A DNA stretch of 48,929 nucleotides, filler included, from Sphacelaria rigidula (taxonomy: Eukaryota), in NCBI GenBank assembly GCA_964200075.2. It is 3 parts of 3 records of this genome, joined end to end, with 100 filler letters (N's around TTAATTAATTAA, not from the genome) between each part and the next. Parts side by side here need not be neighbours in the genome. Positions count along the whole stretch, not along the records: positions 16,346 to 32,588 come from CAXNAA020001430.1; positions 32,689 to 48,929 come from CAXNAA020001431.1; 1 more part is not named here. One strand, written 5' to 3'. This document shows positions 22,760-33,987 of the stretch, one piece after another. Positions within the stretch are counted from its first letter, which is position 1. Every line of letters starts with the position of its first letter. Below the pieces are notes generated by a model. The model was not told where the DNA came from. It searched no databases and saw only the letters and a list, made by a program, of their open reading frames with translations. Made by a program: the position numbers and the translations under genes.

Positions 22760-24526
22760 TCAATCGCCCACCTCGACGAGTTCCAAGACGGAGTCCATGT
22801 ACCTCCCGATGAGCTTGTACCTACTGTATGTCGAAGCCGATCCCCAAGCGTTTGCCTGCCTTTGCGTCACATTGCCATGGCTTTTGAGGTTCATCCCTTC
22901 CCCTGTCCCGAGAACGGAAGCGGGGCCCTTCCCAGCCCACATTTGCCACACTGTGCTCAGCTCCCCACACTTGCCCAAGCCCGGCAGCCTTCCTTTGAAC
23001 CAGCCGTGTTGCTCGAGGTCAGGCGGTTCGCCAGGGCAGGGATGCACGATGCGGTGTAATCTTTCTGTCCCCGGTCCTCCCTCCAGCGCAAGTTGACGAA
23101 CCATGTCCATGAGCGCCGTTGCTGTCCTTTCCGATCTCTCAACTTTCGCCTCCAGCGCCTGAAGCTGCAACGACATTTGCGCGTTCGGGGGAAGTGGGGA
23201 GGGCGAGCGGCAGCGGCGAACGGTAGAGGCAGTGGGTGGGTACACATTGAGGATCTACATCTTGGCGTGCAAAAGCCCACCCGCTCCCGACAACGACACA
23301 ACGCGCGCAGCGACAGTACTAACCCCAGCAGCGAGGGTCTCTTGCTTGGTTCCAATTCCTTTCAACTCGTTTACCACCGCCGGACAGGCCTGCGACGACA
23401 ACCGCGTAGCCGCCTCGTTCGCTCCTAACTTGACGATCTCCTTCGACGCGGCTTGCCCCCAATCGGAAAACAGGCGGCTATTGAAAGGGTAGGTCTTGTA
23501 CAGGGCAAAGTCGGGAAAGCGGGCGCGCAGTTCAGCCGCTCCCCTACAAAGCACTAGTCTCAAATGAGCCATAAACTCGAGGGTCGCCCGTTCCGTTCTA
23601 GTGGTTTTCGTATCTCCACTCCACGTGCCGTCATCCAGCCTCTTGAGCAACGCCGTAAACCCCCTGAACACTTCGCGGTATAGCTGGGGAGGCACGTTCA
23701 CTTCTTGTCGAGGACAAAAGTATGACGCGGTACTCGCTGCTTCGCCTCTGCCGACGCATCCGCTCTGGCTCAAAGCCGACATGGTGGAAAGGGGACGGTA
23801 AACGAGGGTGCTGCTGCCCACCGCGGCTCCTCTGTCGTCCTTTGCGTGCGTGACGCATTGAGTTTCGAGCGGTGGCACCCTGCCATGGAGGGAGGCATGC
23901 AGGGAGGGGGAACGGGGTGCTATGAATTCGCCCTTGGGGTATAGTACCGCGCTGGACGCTGACTTCCATCAGCACCTGTTCCATTTTGCATCAGCTTGTC
24001 TTGCCTCGGCTTGTTTGGGAGACACGCTGCAGATGGTCGCGGTCATCCACTGACAAACACACAGCGCCGAGATACACGACTCTGCTCCATTCGATGAGCA
24101 GGCTACCCGCGCGGGGTTATACCTGATGCCTCAGCCCGCGACAAAGAGCACCGCTCATTGATTTTGTATTTATTGATTTATTTTTTACTCATTGATCGGT
24201 CGACTGGTGGATTGGCTGGTTGGTTGGTTCGTTGATTAAAGGGTGGGCACACCAACGATGTATCCAGCACACCGGAAGAGGAAACACTCGCCGAAGAATG
24301 CAACACATGCAGGAAGAGGGGGAGCGGGGGCGGGGGAACATGCTAACAACAAAGACTACACCGACAAAAGGAGCGCCTGAGACGAAGGAAACCCGCGCAA
24401 ACTGACCCGAACGCGAGGACAGGAACAAGACAAGAGCGAGGAGGAAGGGAGAGAGGAGGAACAGAGAGAATAGTGCACATACGAAACAGCGACACACGAG
24501 TACATCGATCGATGCTTTCAAGCAAT

Positions 24527-24568
<42 letters not shown>

Positions 24569-26412
24569 TACATGTGTTGTCTCTATAAACAATCTCAAGC
24601 AAGTAAGAAAGCCATCGCATCAACACACCTGTTGCGGGCATCCTCTTGTGAAGCGCTCACTCGTGCTCCGTGAACAGCTTTCCCCCTTATGCCAGCTTTC
24701 TCGTGAAGCGCGCGCACAGCGGCGTACTGTGCACTTTCCGTATATCTACTGCCACCAGTAGCCCCCGTGAATACGCGAGCCGTGTACCACTGTGTGCGAT
24801 CCAGAAAGTTGGGGATGCTATCGCCGTCCACATCAAAGCGCCAGAAAAGATACACCGCGAGAGAAAACAGAGGGCACAACGTAACATCGGAAGCTTCCAG
24901 GCACATGATGCTGTTTGCACGGCCAAACTTGATCGTTTTCCCAGTCCTGTGGTTTCAATCCCGGACGAGAGAAATCGACAGAGGGGCGCATGCTCACACA
25001 CTTTGCATCGTGATAGGTCGTGAACACATCAGGCCGTACTGCCACACCTGAGTTGCGTCGCAAACATAAAAGAACGCGCAGGGATCACAGCAGCACCAGC
25101 GATAACACTCGCCTCACAGTGACTACGATAGCTCGAGGGTTGCCGGGGCCCAATGCGGGCGTCAGATCGTCCGGCAGTAGCGCCAAATTGTTGAAACTCA
25201 AGTTCCTTGTCAGCTCCCCACGACAGATGAGCGCGTGACTGAGGTAAGAACAAACATCAGCCGTAGCGGGGGGCGGTCGACGACACTTGAATATTGAGCA
25301 CTGCCTGCTTTCATTTCCGGGCGGACTCTCTTCCGTTTACCCCGCTCCCCCCCCCACCACGCTGGGTCTCCGGAGGACTCACCGCAAGTTCGTGTCGGCG
25401 AGGAGTCGGAGAGCAGACCCTGCACGGCGACGATTTCGGCGAGGTGAAAGGAGCGAGAGGGCAGCAAGAAGTACGTTGTGTGTAGTGTTGTTCGCATATT
25501 GAAATCCAAACGATGTCGTGCACTATACGCGGCAAACAAGGTCGATACGCATACGACCTTCACTTGAAATTCAGGTACAATACAAAAGTCGTAGGAACAG
25601 CTGCGACGGAGCAGAAAAAACTTCTGGTGTGGATGGGGAACTTGACTTCACGGTCGACAAGGAAAACGGACTGCTGAACCCCTGTAACGAAAACAAACAT
25701 TAAAGGCAGGCACCGCAGGAGGGACGTGGAGTACTAAAAACAAACAAAAAAAGTACACATCCTGCGTGATCCCGGCTGATGCGCGCAGATACAACGAAAG
25801 GTGCAGATCGGCGTCCACAACAGACGGGACGACAACACACACACACACACACACACACAACCTACTCGCAAGTCGAGAAGAGTATTTGAAAATTGAGTAG
25901 AGGATTTGAGGCCATGCTCAAACTTGGAGTACGGTAGTTGAGGCCATACTCGACCTACTCCAAATTCGAGTGAAGTATTGAGGTCATATTCACTGCAGTC
26001 AAGACTTTGAGTACAGTGTTTGAGGTCATACTCAATCTACCCCAAATTTCGGTAGAGTATTTGAGGTCTTGCGAAAAAAAAAAAGCAAGGGCCGCAGAAC
26101 ATAGGTGTAGAGGTGAAAAAAAAATCGGCTGGTGCGCCGACATATACGGAAAGGTGTAGGCCGGCGTCCAGAACAGATGGGACGACAACACACACAACAA
26201 CACACACACTCAAAACAAAATCGACTTCACGGTCGACAAGGAAAACGGACTGCTGAACCCCTGTAACGAAAACAAACATTAAAGGCAGGCACCGCAGGAG
26301 GGACGTGGAGTACTAAAACCAAACAAAAAAAGTACACATCCTGTGTGACCCCGGCTGATGCGCGCAGGTATAACGAAAGGTGCAGATCGGCGTCCAGAAC
26401 AGACGGGACAAC

Positions 26413-26463
<51 letters not shown>

Positions 26464-27019
26464 CCTACTCGCAAGTCGAGAAGAGTATCTGAGGCCGCAC
26501 TCGACCTAACCCAAACTTGAGTAAAGTATTGAGGTCATACCCAAGTGGTAATCTATACTCGAGTACTACTGAGAGTGCTTACTCAATATTTGAGTGGAGG
26601 ATTGGAGGTCGAACCAACTGGTAATCTATACTCAAGTATTACTGACAGTGCTTACTCAATGTTTGAGTGGAGGACTGGAGGTCGTACTCGATCTACTCAA
26701 AAATTGAGTAGAGTATTTGAGGCCATGCTCAAACTTGGAGTACGGTATTTGAGGCCATACTCGACCTACTCAAAATTTGAGTGAAGTATTGAGGTCATAT
26801 TCACTGTACTCAACACTTTGAGTACAGTATTTGAGGTCATACTCCATCTACCCCAAAATTGGGTAGAGTATTTGAGGTCTTGCGAAAAAAAAAAGGGCAA
26901 GCACCGCAGAAGAAAGGTGGAGAAGTAAAAAAACTTGGCTGGTGCGCCGACATATACGGAAAAGTGTAGGTCGGCGTCTAGAATAGATGCAACAACGCAC
27001 ACGCGCGCGCGCGCGCGCG

Positions 27020-27076
<57 letters not shown>

Positions 27077-30047
27077 TACCCGGAGGTCGGGTAGAGTATC
27101 TGAGGCCGGGTCCCATGTACCACCGCTGACTCTCCCATGGAGGAGTCACATGTGCGGCCAGTAGACTCGCTCATTTTGATAACACGTACCCAACAACCCG
27201 TCTACTCGATTACTCGATGATGATGAGTAGCGCTTGTACTGAAATTGATATCGAAGGGGTTCAAGGGTACCAAATATGTACTGCCATGGGCGGGGGCAGG
27301 TGAGCTGGGGCGGTCAGGTTCATTCACCTGCAAGCTAGTTTTGTTTTTTGATGGCCATCATCCGCTCATACTCATCGCAGCCTGTCTATTCAATATAATC
27401 TTTGAACTGGCGTGACGAAGTCGCCGACGGTCACGGTTGTTTCTCATACCCGGGTGATCCTCTACACTCGAGTATTACTGACAGTGCTTACTCAACATTG
27501 AGTAGAGCATCGGAGGTCGTACTCGATCCACACAAATTTTGTGGCGAGTATTTGAGGCCATACCCAGCCAACTTCAAATTTGAGTGGAGTGTTTGAGGCG
27601 GTACTCGATCTTCTCTAAATTTGATCAGAGTATTCAAGGTCATACCCAAGCGATACGCTATACTCAAATATTACTGCAAGTACTCACTCAATATTTGAGT
27701 AGATTGTTGAAGGTCGTGCTCGATCTACTCAGACATTGATCAGAGTATTTGAGGCCGCACTTAACCCACTCAAAATTCGAGTGGAGTATTTGGGGCCGTA
27801 CTCGACGCACTGAAAATCTGAGCGGAGTAAATACTCGGGTATTTTTGTCGAGTACTCAAAAGTACATACTCTACTTGACGTGCCCTTGTAAAATTGCAAG
27901 AAGTACACTCACAGTACTGCACACTTGTTAACTAGCTACGCGTTTTGATAGTAAATGGTACTACTAACGACACAACGAGTGATCCTGCTGCTATGAGTTT
28001 CGCTTGTGATTTTTGTATCACACTTCAGTCTATCCGGAACATTGAGCACTCACTGGGGTTCTGCGAAACAAGAAGGGTTGCCACCATGGCCCTCCTCCGA
28101 GATCTTCCATACGTGGCCAGCGCAGGCACGCCGTCCACGTATTCGCTCTTTGACAGCCTTAAAGCATTGGCATGCTTGTCATGGACAGACCTCATCACGA
28201 GCATCACTGATTCGTTTGTACACGGCTTCATCTCTCCGACCGAAAATCGATCAGGGTCCACATTGCGCAGATGATCCGCCCAGGCCGAAAGGTTTGACAC
28301 AGCCGTTTGAATCGATCCGCTGGGTGACAAACGCAAGGCGACGACGAAGAAACGGGGGGCGGGGGGTCAGAGAAAATGGGAGCAGGAATCCGGATTCATA
28401 ATAACTGACCTTGCGAAGGGAGCCGAGTCGGCCGTCGATCCTCAACCACCTTCGGTGGAATGCACTTACGCGTGAAGGCGCGGCGCGGATATGATTCCGA
28501 GCCCCTCTCGGATCTGGGTACGCTTTTCCTGCCAGCGGATGAAGGCAATAAGCTGCGCGGGGGCGAGGTAGGGAGAGGCGGAGACGTGCGAGTATCTGGT
28601 GGGATAATTTGTTTGTGATCCTGAAACTAACCGTAGGAATGAAGACTGGCCTTCACTCGCGCTACAGTTGCTGCTGCTGGCGGTGGTGATGCTTTCGACA
28701 TTTGCAATTTTCCGATGTCTGACGCACGTCGTCATCCAGTAATGGGCACAAAAATGCAGTATTTTCTGCAATAATAAACTCACCAACAGGACATGGCGCC
28801 CTCAAGGACGCGGTTCTACAGACGCGTCGTTGACAAACAACAGAACGCAAGAAGGCTCACGCACAGTTCGAATGAATATTGTACAATGAGACAGCGTCGC
28901 ACCTTTGCTGGGCTTGGGTAATACACCGACGCCGCTTTCCTATCCATTCCCTCCTGCAGATCGGGTCTCGTGCCCATCCATGATCCGAAGAGGGCAACGG
29001 CAGCGTTCACATTGTTATGCGAATGCTTGGATCGGCGTTTGCGAGCAGCGTTCTGCGACTCGACCCGAGGACAGTAGAAAGAGAAAGGGCGGTCGAACAT
29101 GTGTACGTGGAGTCACAGATGGTGGGAAACAAGAAGAAGAGAAAAATCTCATCTATATCCGGCGTCCACACACAACATCCTCACCCTCCCCCCCCTTGTT
29201 TTTCTCCTCTCTACCCGTTGGAGCTTCGCCACCGGGAAATCCCCCCCCACAGCGAGGATATCGGTAGCTCATGGCGTACCTTTTCTGCAAACGCCTCACG
29301 ATCAGCCTTCTCGCTCAACGTTAGGCGGCCTTCATCCACCTCGCTTAGTGCAACGACAAACATATCGGAACGCTTGAGGTGCAAGTACCGTTTGTGAATC
29401 TCCTCGTCTCCGCCTAGTCGCCCCCGTGCCGGCGAGTGAACAAGCAACGAGGGACACGCAGGTCAAAAGCCCGGGACGAGTGGACCAGAGAAATGAAGGG
29501 CAACCGTCGAAGCAATCGCTGAGCGGCCAGCTGAGCGACGGTCGGACAACAAAAATGCACTCACCGTTCTGACCCGTCGTGCACAGGTTCGGCAGGCGAG
29601 CTCCAGGTGCAAGGAAAAGAGGGTCGGGCTCGCGCAGGAAATTAGTCCACGGCCGGGACATGAAGGACCGAAGAGTGCTTTGATCAACGGACGGATTAAT
29701 CGCCCCCGATTTATGAAGTACCTCCTTCAGCCACGCCCTCAGAACAAATTTGTGCCCCAAGGGAACGAGATTGACGTACAAAAATGAAGTCACTCCGACC
29801 CTTTTATAGAACATGACCAAACAACCCCTCCACTACCAAAACAGACTCGTTCTCACCTTCCGGTGGACCATACCCATCGGAAAGCTCCACCTCCGGCGGC
29901 TCGACAAAACCGTCAAGATCACCTTCGCATGACCCCCCTACCTCGCTCGACTCCCTCGCTTTTTCCGCCGGAGGGCAAGCCGTATCATCCCGACTTGCCG
30001 AACGACCATAGTTGCTGAAACCGCTGGCGCTGCTGGCGCTGCTGGCG

Positions 30048-30102
<55 letters not shown>

Positions 30103-30709
30103 CGTATGAATCGTTCTCATCCCCCCGGGAACTATGTTTCAGAGGTGACACGTGCCGCGCCTGACAACGGGGAACCGTCTTTGACAACGTTGGCACTTCA
30201 AACATTTTCCACAATAGAGCTGACTTCTCTGCCGTCGCGACGAGCACTGACTACGCTCAGTTCACTCGTCGCTTCTCCGGCTCAGGCGTGGCGTCACTCT
30301 CCGGTAGGGTGAACTCAAGTATGGATCTCACCTTTTCGCTGCAACTATCTTCTCCCCCGCTAGACGCCGGAACGCGGCGTCCTACAGATTTTCCGGAACA
30401 AGCGCCACCTAGAGCGGCGGAGTCCACCCGCTGCCGTCGTGATTCTTTCTCCAGGGGTCTGTGGGCATTGTTGACTACCGTGTCGTCGCTATCCTCCGGT
30501 CCCGATGCGCTCCGGGGTCGCTTGCTTTTGCGTCGACTGCCGTGGCGGGCAACTATTCCGTCACATCTCAGCATTTCCCTGCACTTTACAGCCGACGCTT
30601 TGGCTGCCGATCGTGCCGGCCCAACTCGCCGTGTTGCCGGCGCCGCCGGCGCCTTGGCTTTTGGCGCCCGCCCCGTGCCTCGTCCACTCGCCCCCTCCCT
30701 GTTCGGCAT
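22760..30709 (-). CDS. Crypton-type tyrosine recombinase (NDC10 domain II-like YR with GCR1_C-like C-terminus), multi-exon
   Basis: Phase-consistent exons (-): ~29800-29565, 29413-29280, ~29052-28903, 28552-28470, 28319-28054, 25419-25383, 25238-25113, 24946-24629, 24026-23976, 23879-23324, 23164-22760; low-complexity 5' exons in ~30709-29857 are uncertain. Peptide: LRLLADTNLRHALICRGELTRNL..GPGNPRAIVVTVRTGKTIKFGR..LCPLFSLAVYLFWRF..KAVHGARVSA..AKWN..LVYRPL..SYFCPRQEVNVPPQLYREVF..LEFMAHLRLVLCRGAAELRARFPDF..STVWQMWAG..AWGSASTYSRYKLI, matching the motif order of Crypton recombinases. Confidence 0.85.
25640..27075 (+). mobile_element. Four 3' SINE fragments in a tandemly duplicated block
   Basis: SINE 3' halves with (CA)n tails at ~25643-25860, ~26072-26215, ~26221-26462 and ~26883-27072; 25643-25890 is near-identical to 26223-26492. 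Confidence 0.8.
25861..27890. repeat. Degenerate GAGTA/TACTC-rich repeat array (likely subterminal repeats of a decayed DNA transposon)
   Basis: Many ~30-bp variants of gagtatttgaggycatactcgayctactcaaaatttgag at 25861-26070, 26463-26880 and 27450-27880, all inside the 2.6-kb YR intron. Confidence 0.7.
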
Positions 30710-31294
30710 CGCCGATGGTTTGTGACACTTCTGCGGGGAAAGTTGGGAAAACAGAGTTGCGGGGAGGGCAAGCGGTGGGTATGGCTTATAGCTTCGCTTT
30801 GATCCACCCTGATGGCGTGAAGCAGGCAACGCGCGCCAACTCTCAACTTGAACCTCCCTGCATATCGACTGCGATAGAGCAGCAGGCGTGTCAAAGTGGG
30901 TGTCTTGACTTCAACCAAAAGGTCGACACCGCGGATGTCACGCCTGTCCCGCGTCGAACCCAAACCACCCGCCAACGATCTAGTGTAGGACTGGTGATTT
31001 TGGTTTTTGCTACATGTGCTCGCGTCTGCCTAGAACAAAATCCGAGATACGCGTGCATGCACTGAGGGCGATCACCGTTTCGAACTCGGAAGTAGTGTAT
31101 CAGGGGGCGGCCGGATCCGACGTTCGACGAAGCGTTACTATGTACAGCTGTCGACCGATCGGATTGCAGTGAAGTACGAATCTGACTACGTGAGTGTTGT
31201 GTTGACCAATTTCGTGATCACTTGCGGGAAGGTAGACAACCATTCCAGTACCTCACGAATGACCCGTCTTACAGTCTCCATCAGAGAGTAGGTA

Positions 31295-31365
31295 CAGTTC
31301 AGTTCAGTTCAGTACAGTACAGTACAGTACAGTACAGTACAGTACAGTACAGTACAGTACAGTAG
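31295..31365 (+). repeat. (CAGTA)n/(CAGTT)n microsatellite
   Basis: Direct tandem pentamers. Confidence 0.9.
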
Positions 31366-32534
31366 TCTACATAAATGGGTCGTATCTAAATATATCCTCA
31401 GTGATTTTCGGACATGTGTCCAGCTGGTGCGTCCTCACACACTCGAGTGCACGGCCACTGCTCCTAGTACATCTATTTGCCCAGGCCTCGACGGCCCCAG
31501 CTACCGTATGTCTGACTATTTCACGCGGCCGGGTGAGGGTGGAATCCCCATCATGGTGCGCCCCTGCACCCTCAAAAGCAATCCGAGCGAAAGCCGTGTC
31601 AATTTCGACCTGTTGTAACAGTGGTACATAGAGCCAAGATCGTCACACCGGCTCCTTGAAGCGGAATACATATGTTGTGCCCGCTCCTACTCTACTGTGC
31701 TCTACGTGATGCGAAAACCAGATCTACGCACCCGCACGTGATGAAAGAAGATATGTGGAGCTCCCGCTTGGACAGGTAGCACGCTGGCGCCGTCCTACCT
31801 CCGACATTCAAGGTCCGGGCGACCTCCTACAATGTGCTTACTCCCTCGAACAGGGTGCATCATGTGCTCCTTCCTTGCCAAATTTGAGTCATCATCCAGG
31901 AGTAGGACGCTTGACCAAGTCATCGCTATTTTATTATAACGTCCAACGATTACAACCGCCTTCGTTGCTGCTTTTGATTATGCATGTGCTTCTTCTTGCG
32001 TTGTCGATGTTATTATCGTTGCTACTGCTGCTGCTGCTGCTTCTGCTGCTGCTGTTGTTGTTTTTGTTGGTTTCGTTTATATATCCTACATCGCTGCGGG
32101 TCTGAACAAAGTCAAAGAGTGTTCCCGTCCATTTCAAATTTTACGCTCTGGAGACATTGGGCTATAACGAATCACATAATCGTTGCGACGAAGAAAGAGG
32201 GAGGGCAGGCAGAACGGCACAGCTGCAGGCACGTACCGAGGATAACGCTAGTTTGAGATGGAGCCTGGTAGCGCACGTACGTTTCCGTCACTGTACTCTA
32301 CTCGACTGCACATGCGGCGCGTCTAGCTTCGTCTGGACGTCCCTGGATCGTCCCGCATCGCTGCTTTCCGACCCAAAAGGTGACACTCGGGTCACGGGCC
32401 ATGTCGCACTGGGGACCATGAGATGATTTCCCATCAGTAAATCGGTTTCATCACCCCTCATACCCCAACCCTACCCTATGGTGGCGCTAGGGCGACCCAC
32501 CTGCTACCCAGAGCTATGGCAGCACTCATGCAAA

Positions 32535-32536
32535 GG

Positions 32537-32577
<41 letters not shown>

Positions 32578-32588
32578 GGTTAGGGTTA
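32535..32588 (+). repeat. (TTAGGG)n at scaffold end, possible telomere
   Basis: About nine G-strand units (one TTTAGGG variant) running to the scaffold end in the orientation of a chromosome end. Confidence 0.75.
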
Positions 32589-32688
32589 NNNNNNNNNNNN
32601 NNNNNNNNNNNNNNNNNNNNNNNNNNNNNNNNTTAATTAATTAANNNNNNNNNNNNNNNNNNNNNNNNNNNNNNNNNNNNNNNNNNNN
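32589..32688. other. Artificial scaffold linker (N44-TTAATTAATTAA-N44)
   Basis: Same linker as 16246-16345. Confidence 0.97.
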
Positions 32689-33611
32689 CCGGACCAGGCT
32701 CGCAATCAATCATCAAGTGCGAAGCGCTGTGATGTTTCGGCGAGTTGCATGAAGGGTGAGCTGCATCCTGCTAAGATTATTCGGCCCGAAGCCCACTGAT
32801 TATCTTGCATTTGAATGACAACCTGCAATGAGTTGCTTCATTTTCTGTATCGCCACTTCCATAGACAGCCGCGGCTTATGCACTGCCTCATGGGTGTTTC
32901 ACCATTTAAGCACCTCGTGGTACGATCATCCCCATCGTGCGGAGTTGAAGTTCTCCCACACCGCACGGTATGATCTAGCTCGACCATCATGGTTATCGCA
33001 AAAAAAACGCAAGCGCGCAGAAAAAAATCAGTAACCTGGTCGCTTAGCTTATGCAGTGAGTGGCGTGTTTTAAAGTGTCATCGCCAACCGACGCCAACCC
33101 CATCAGGGGTCCGCCCCTACAAAGTAGTGTGGTGGGTGGCGGGGTGGTGGGCAGCGGAGTGATGGGCGGTGGGCGGTGGGCGGAGGCATGCGAAAAAGGG
33201 GGGACGATGTGCTGTCTACCCCTCCGCCCCCCCGGTAGAAAATATACATATATATATATATATATACAAGCCGCACGGGACCCGGGGCTGCGCTCCGGTC
33301 CCCTCCGTCTTATTTTAGGGTCTCGGTATTCTTGCCTTGCCAAGCCCTCGTGAGAATATATCCTCTCTCGAAATGTTCATGCCCGCCGGGAACATTGCAG
33401 GGCCACCGCGATTGCGCGTCCGTTCGGACGGTCGCGAACGCATGTGTACCCCCGCACTCAAAAGTGAATCACGAATCCGCCAACGGGGTCCCGAGCATAG
33501 GCATTGGCCCGAACAGTAATTTCCCGGGGCGGGTGCGGAGAAACTTGCACACTAAAAACATCAATAAATCTTGTGGTAGCCTCGTTACAAAGTATGCTTC
33601 ACGCTCGTGAG

Positions 33612-33786
33612 TTCGAAATATTCTACATATCTAATACTATATATCAACGATATCAATATCCCATATCGATATTGATATTGATAATTATCGGCAAATATCG
33701 ACTCGGAAATCGGCGATACCGATACGCCGTATCGACCGATATATATCGAAATCGTACCGAGTATCGATATCCGATCTGCAACACTG
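33612..33786. mobile_element. Probable end of a hAT-like MITE
   Basis: Dense ATCGAT/CCGATA palindromic repeats ending in GCAACACTG (reverse complement CAGTGTTGC, hAT-like terminus); matching left end not found. Confidence 0.45.
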
Positions 33787-33987
33787 CCAAAAAGGTATTT
33801 TCCGTTTTTTTGTTGATCGACTTGGGAGAAGTGCCCTGACGGAGCTGTGGCCGATCAACCGAAATAATTATCTTAGCTGCTGCCATCAAACATGCGCACG
33901 TCAAAGTTGACCCGATACCTTTGGACGTTCGCCTCCTTTTTGACCGTTTTTGGAAGCGCAGAGGATTTTGTTGAGCGAGCTCAACAG

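Larger units (their letters stand above)
22760..30709 (-). mobile_element. Crypton (tyrosine-recombinase DNA transposon) or a domesticated derivative; termini not defined
   Basis: YR gene without reverse transcriptase or RNase H in the scaffold (so not DIRS-type); no TIRs found, as expected for Cryptons. Confidence 0.65.

Noticed and set aside
25861-27890. CRISPR-like periodic repeats
   Set aside because: Degenerate tandem units without unique spacers or cas genes, in a eukaryotic intron.
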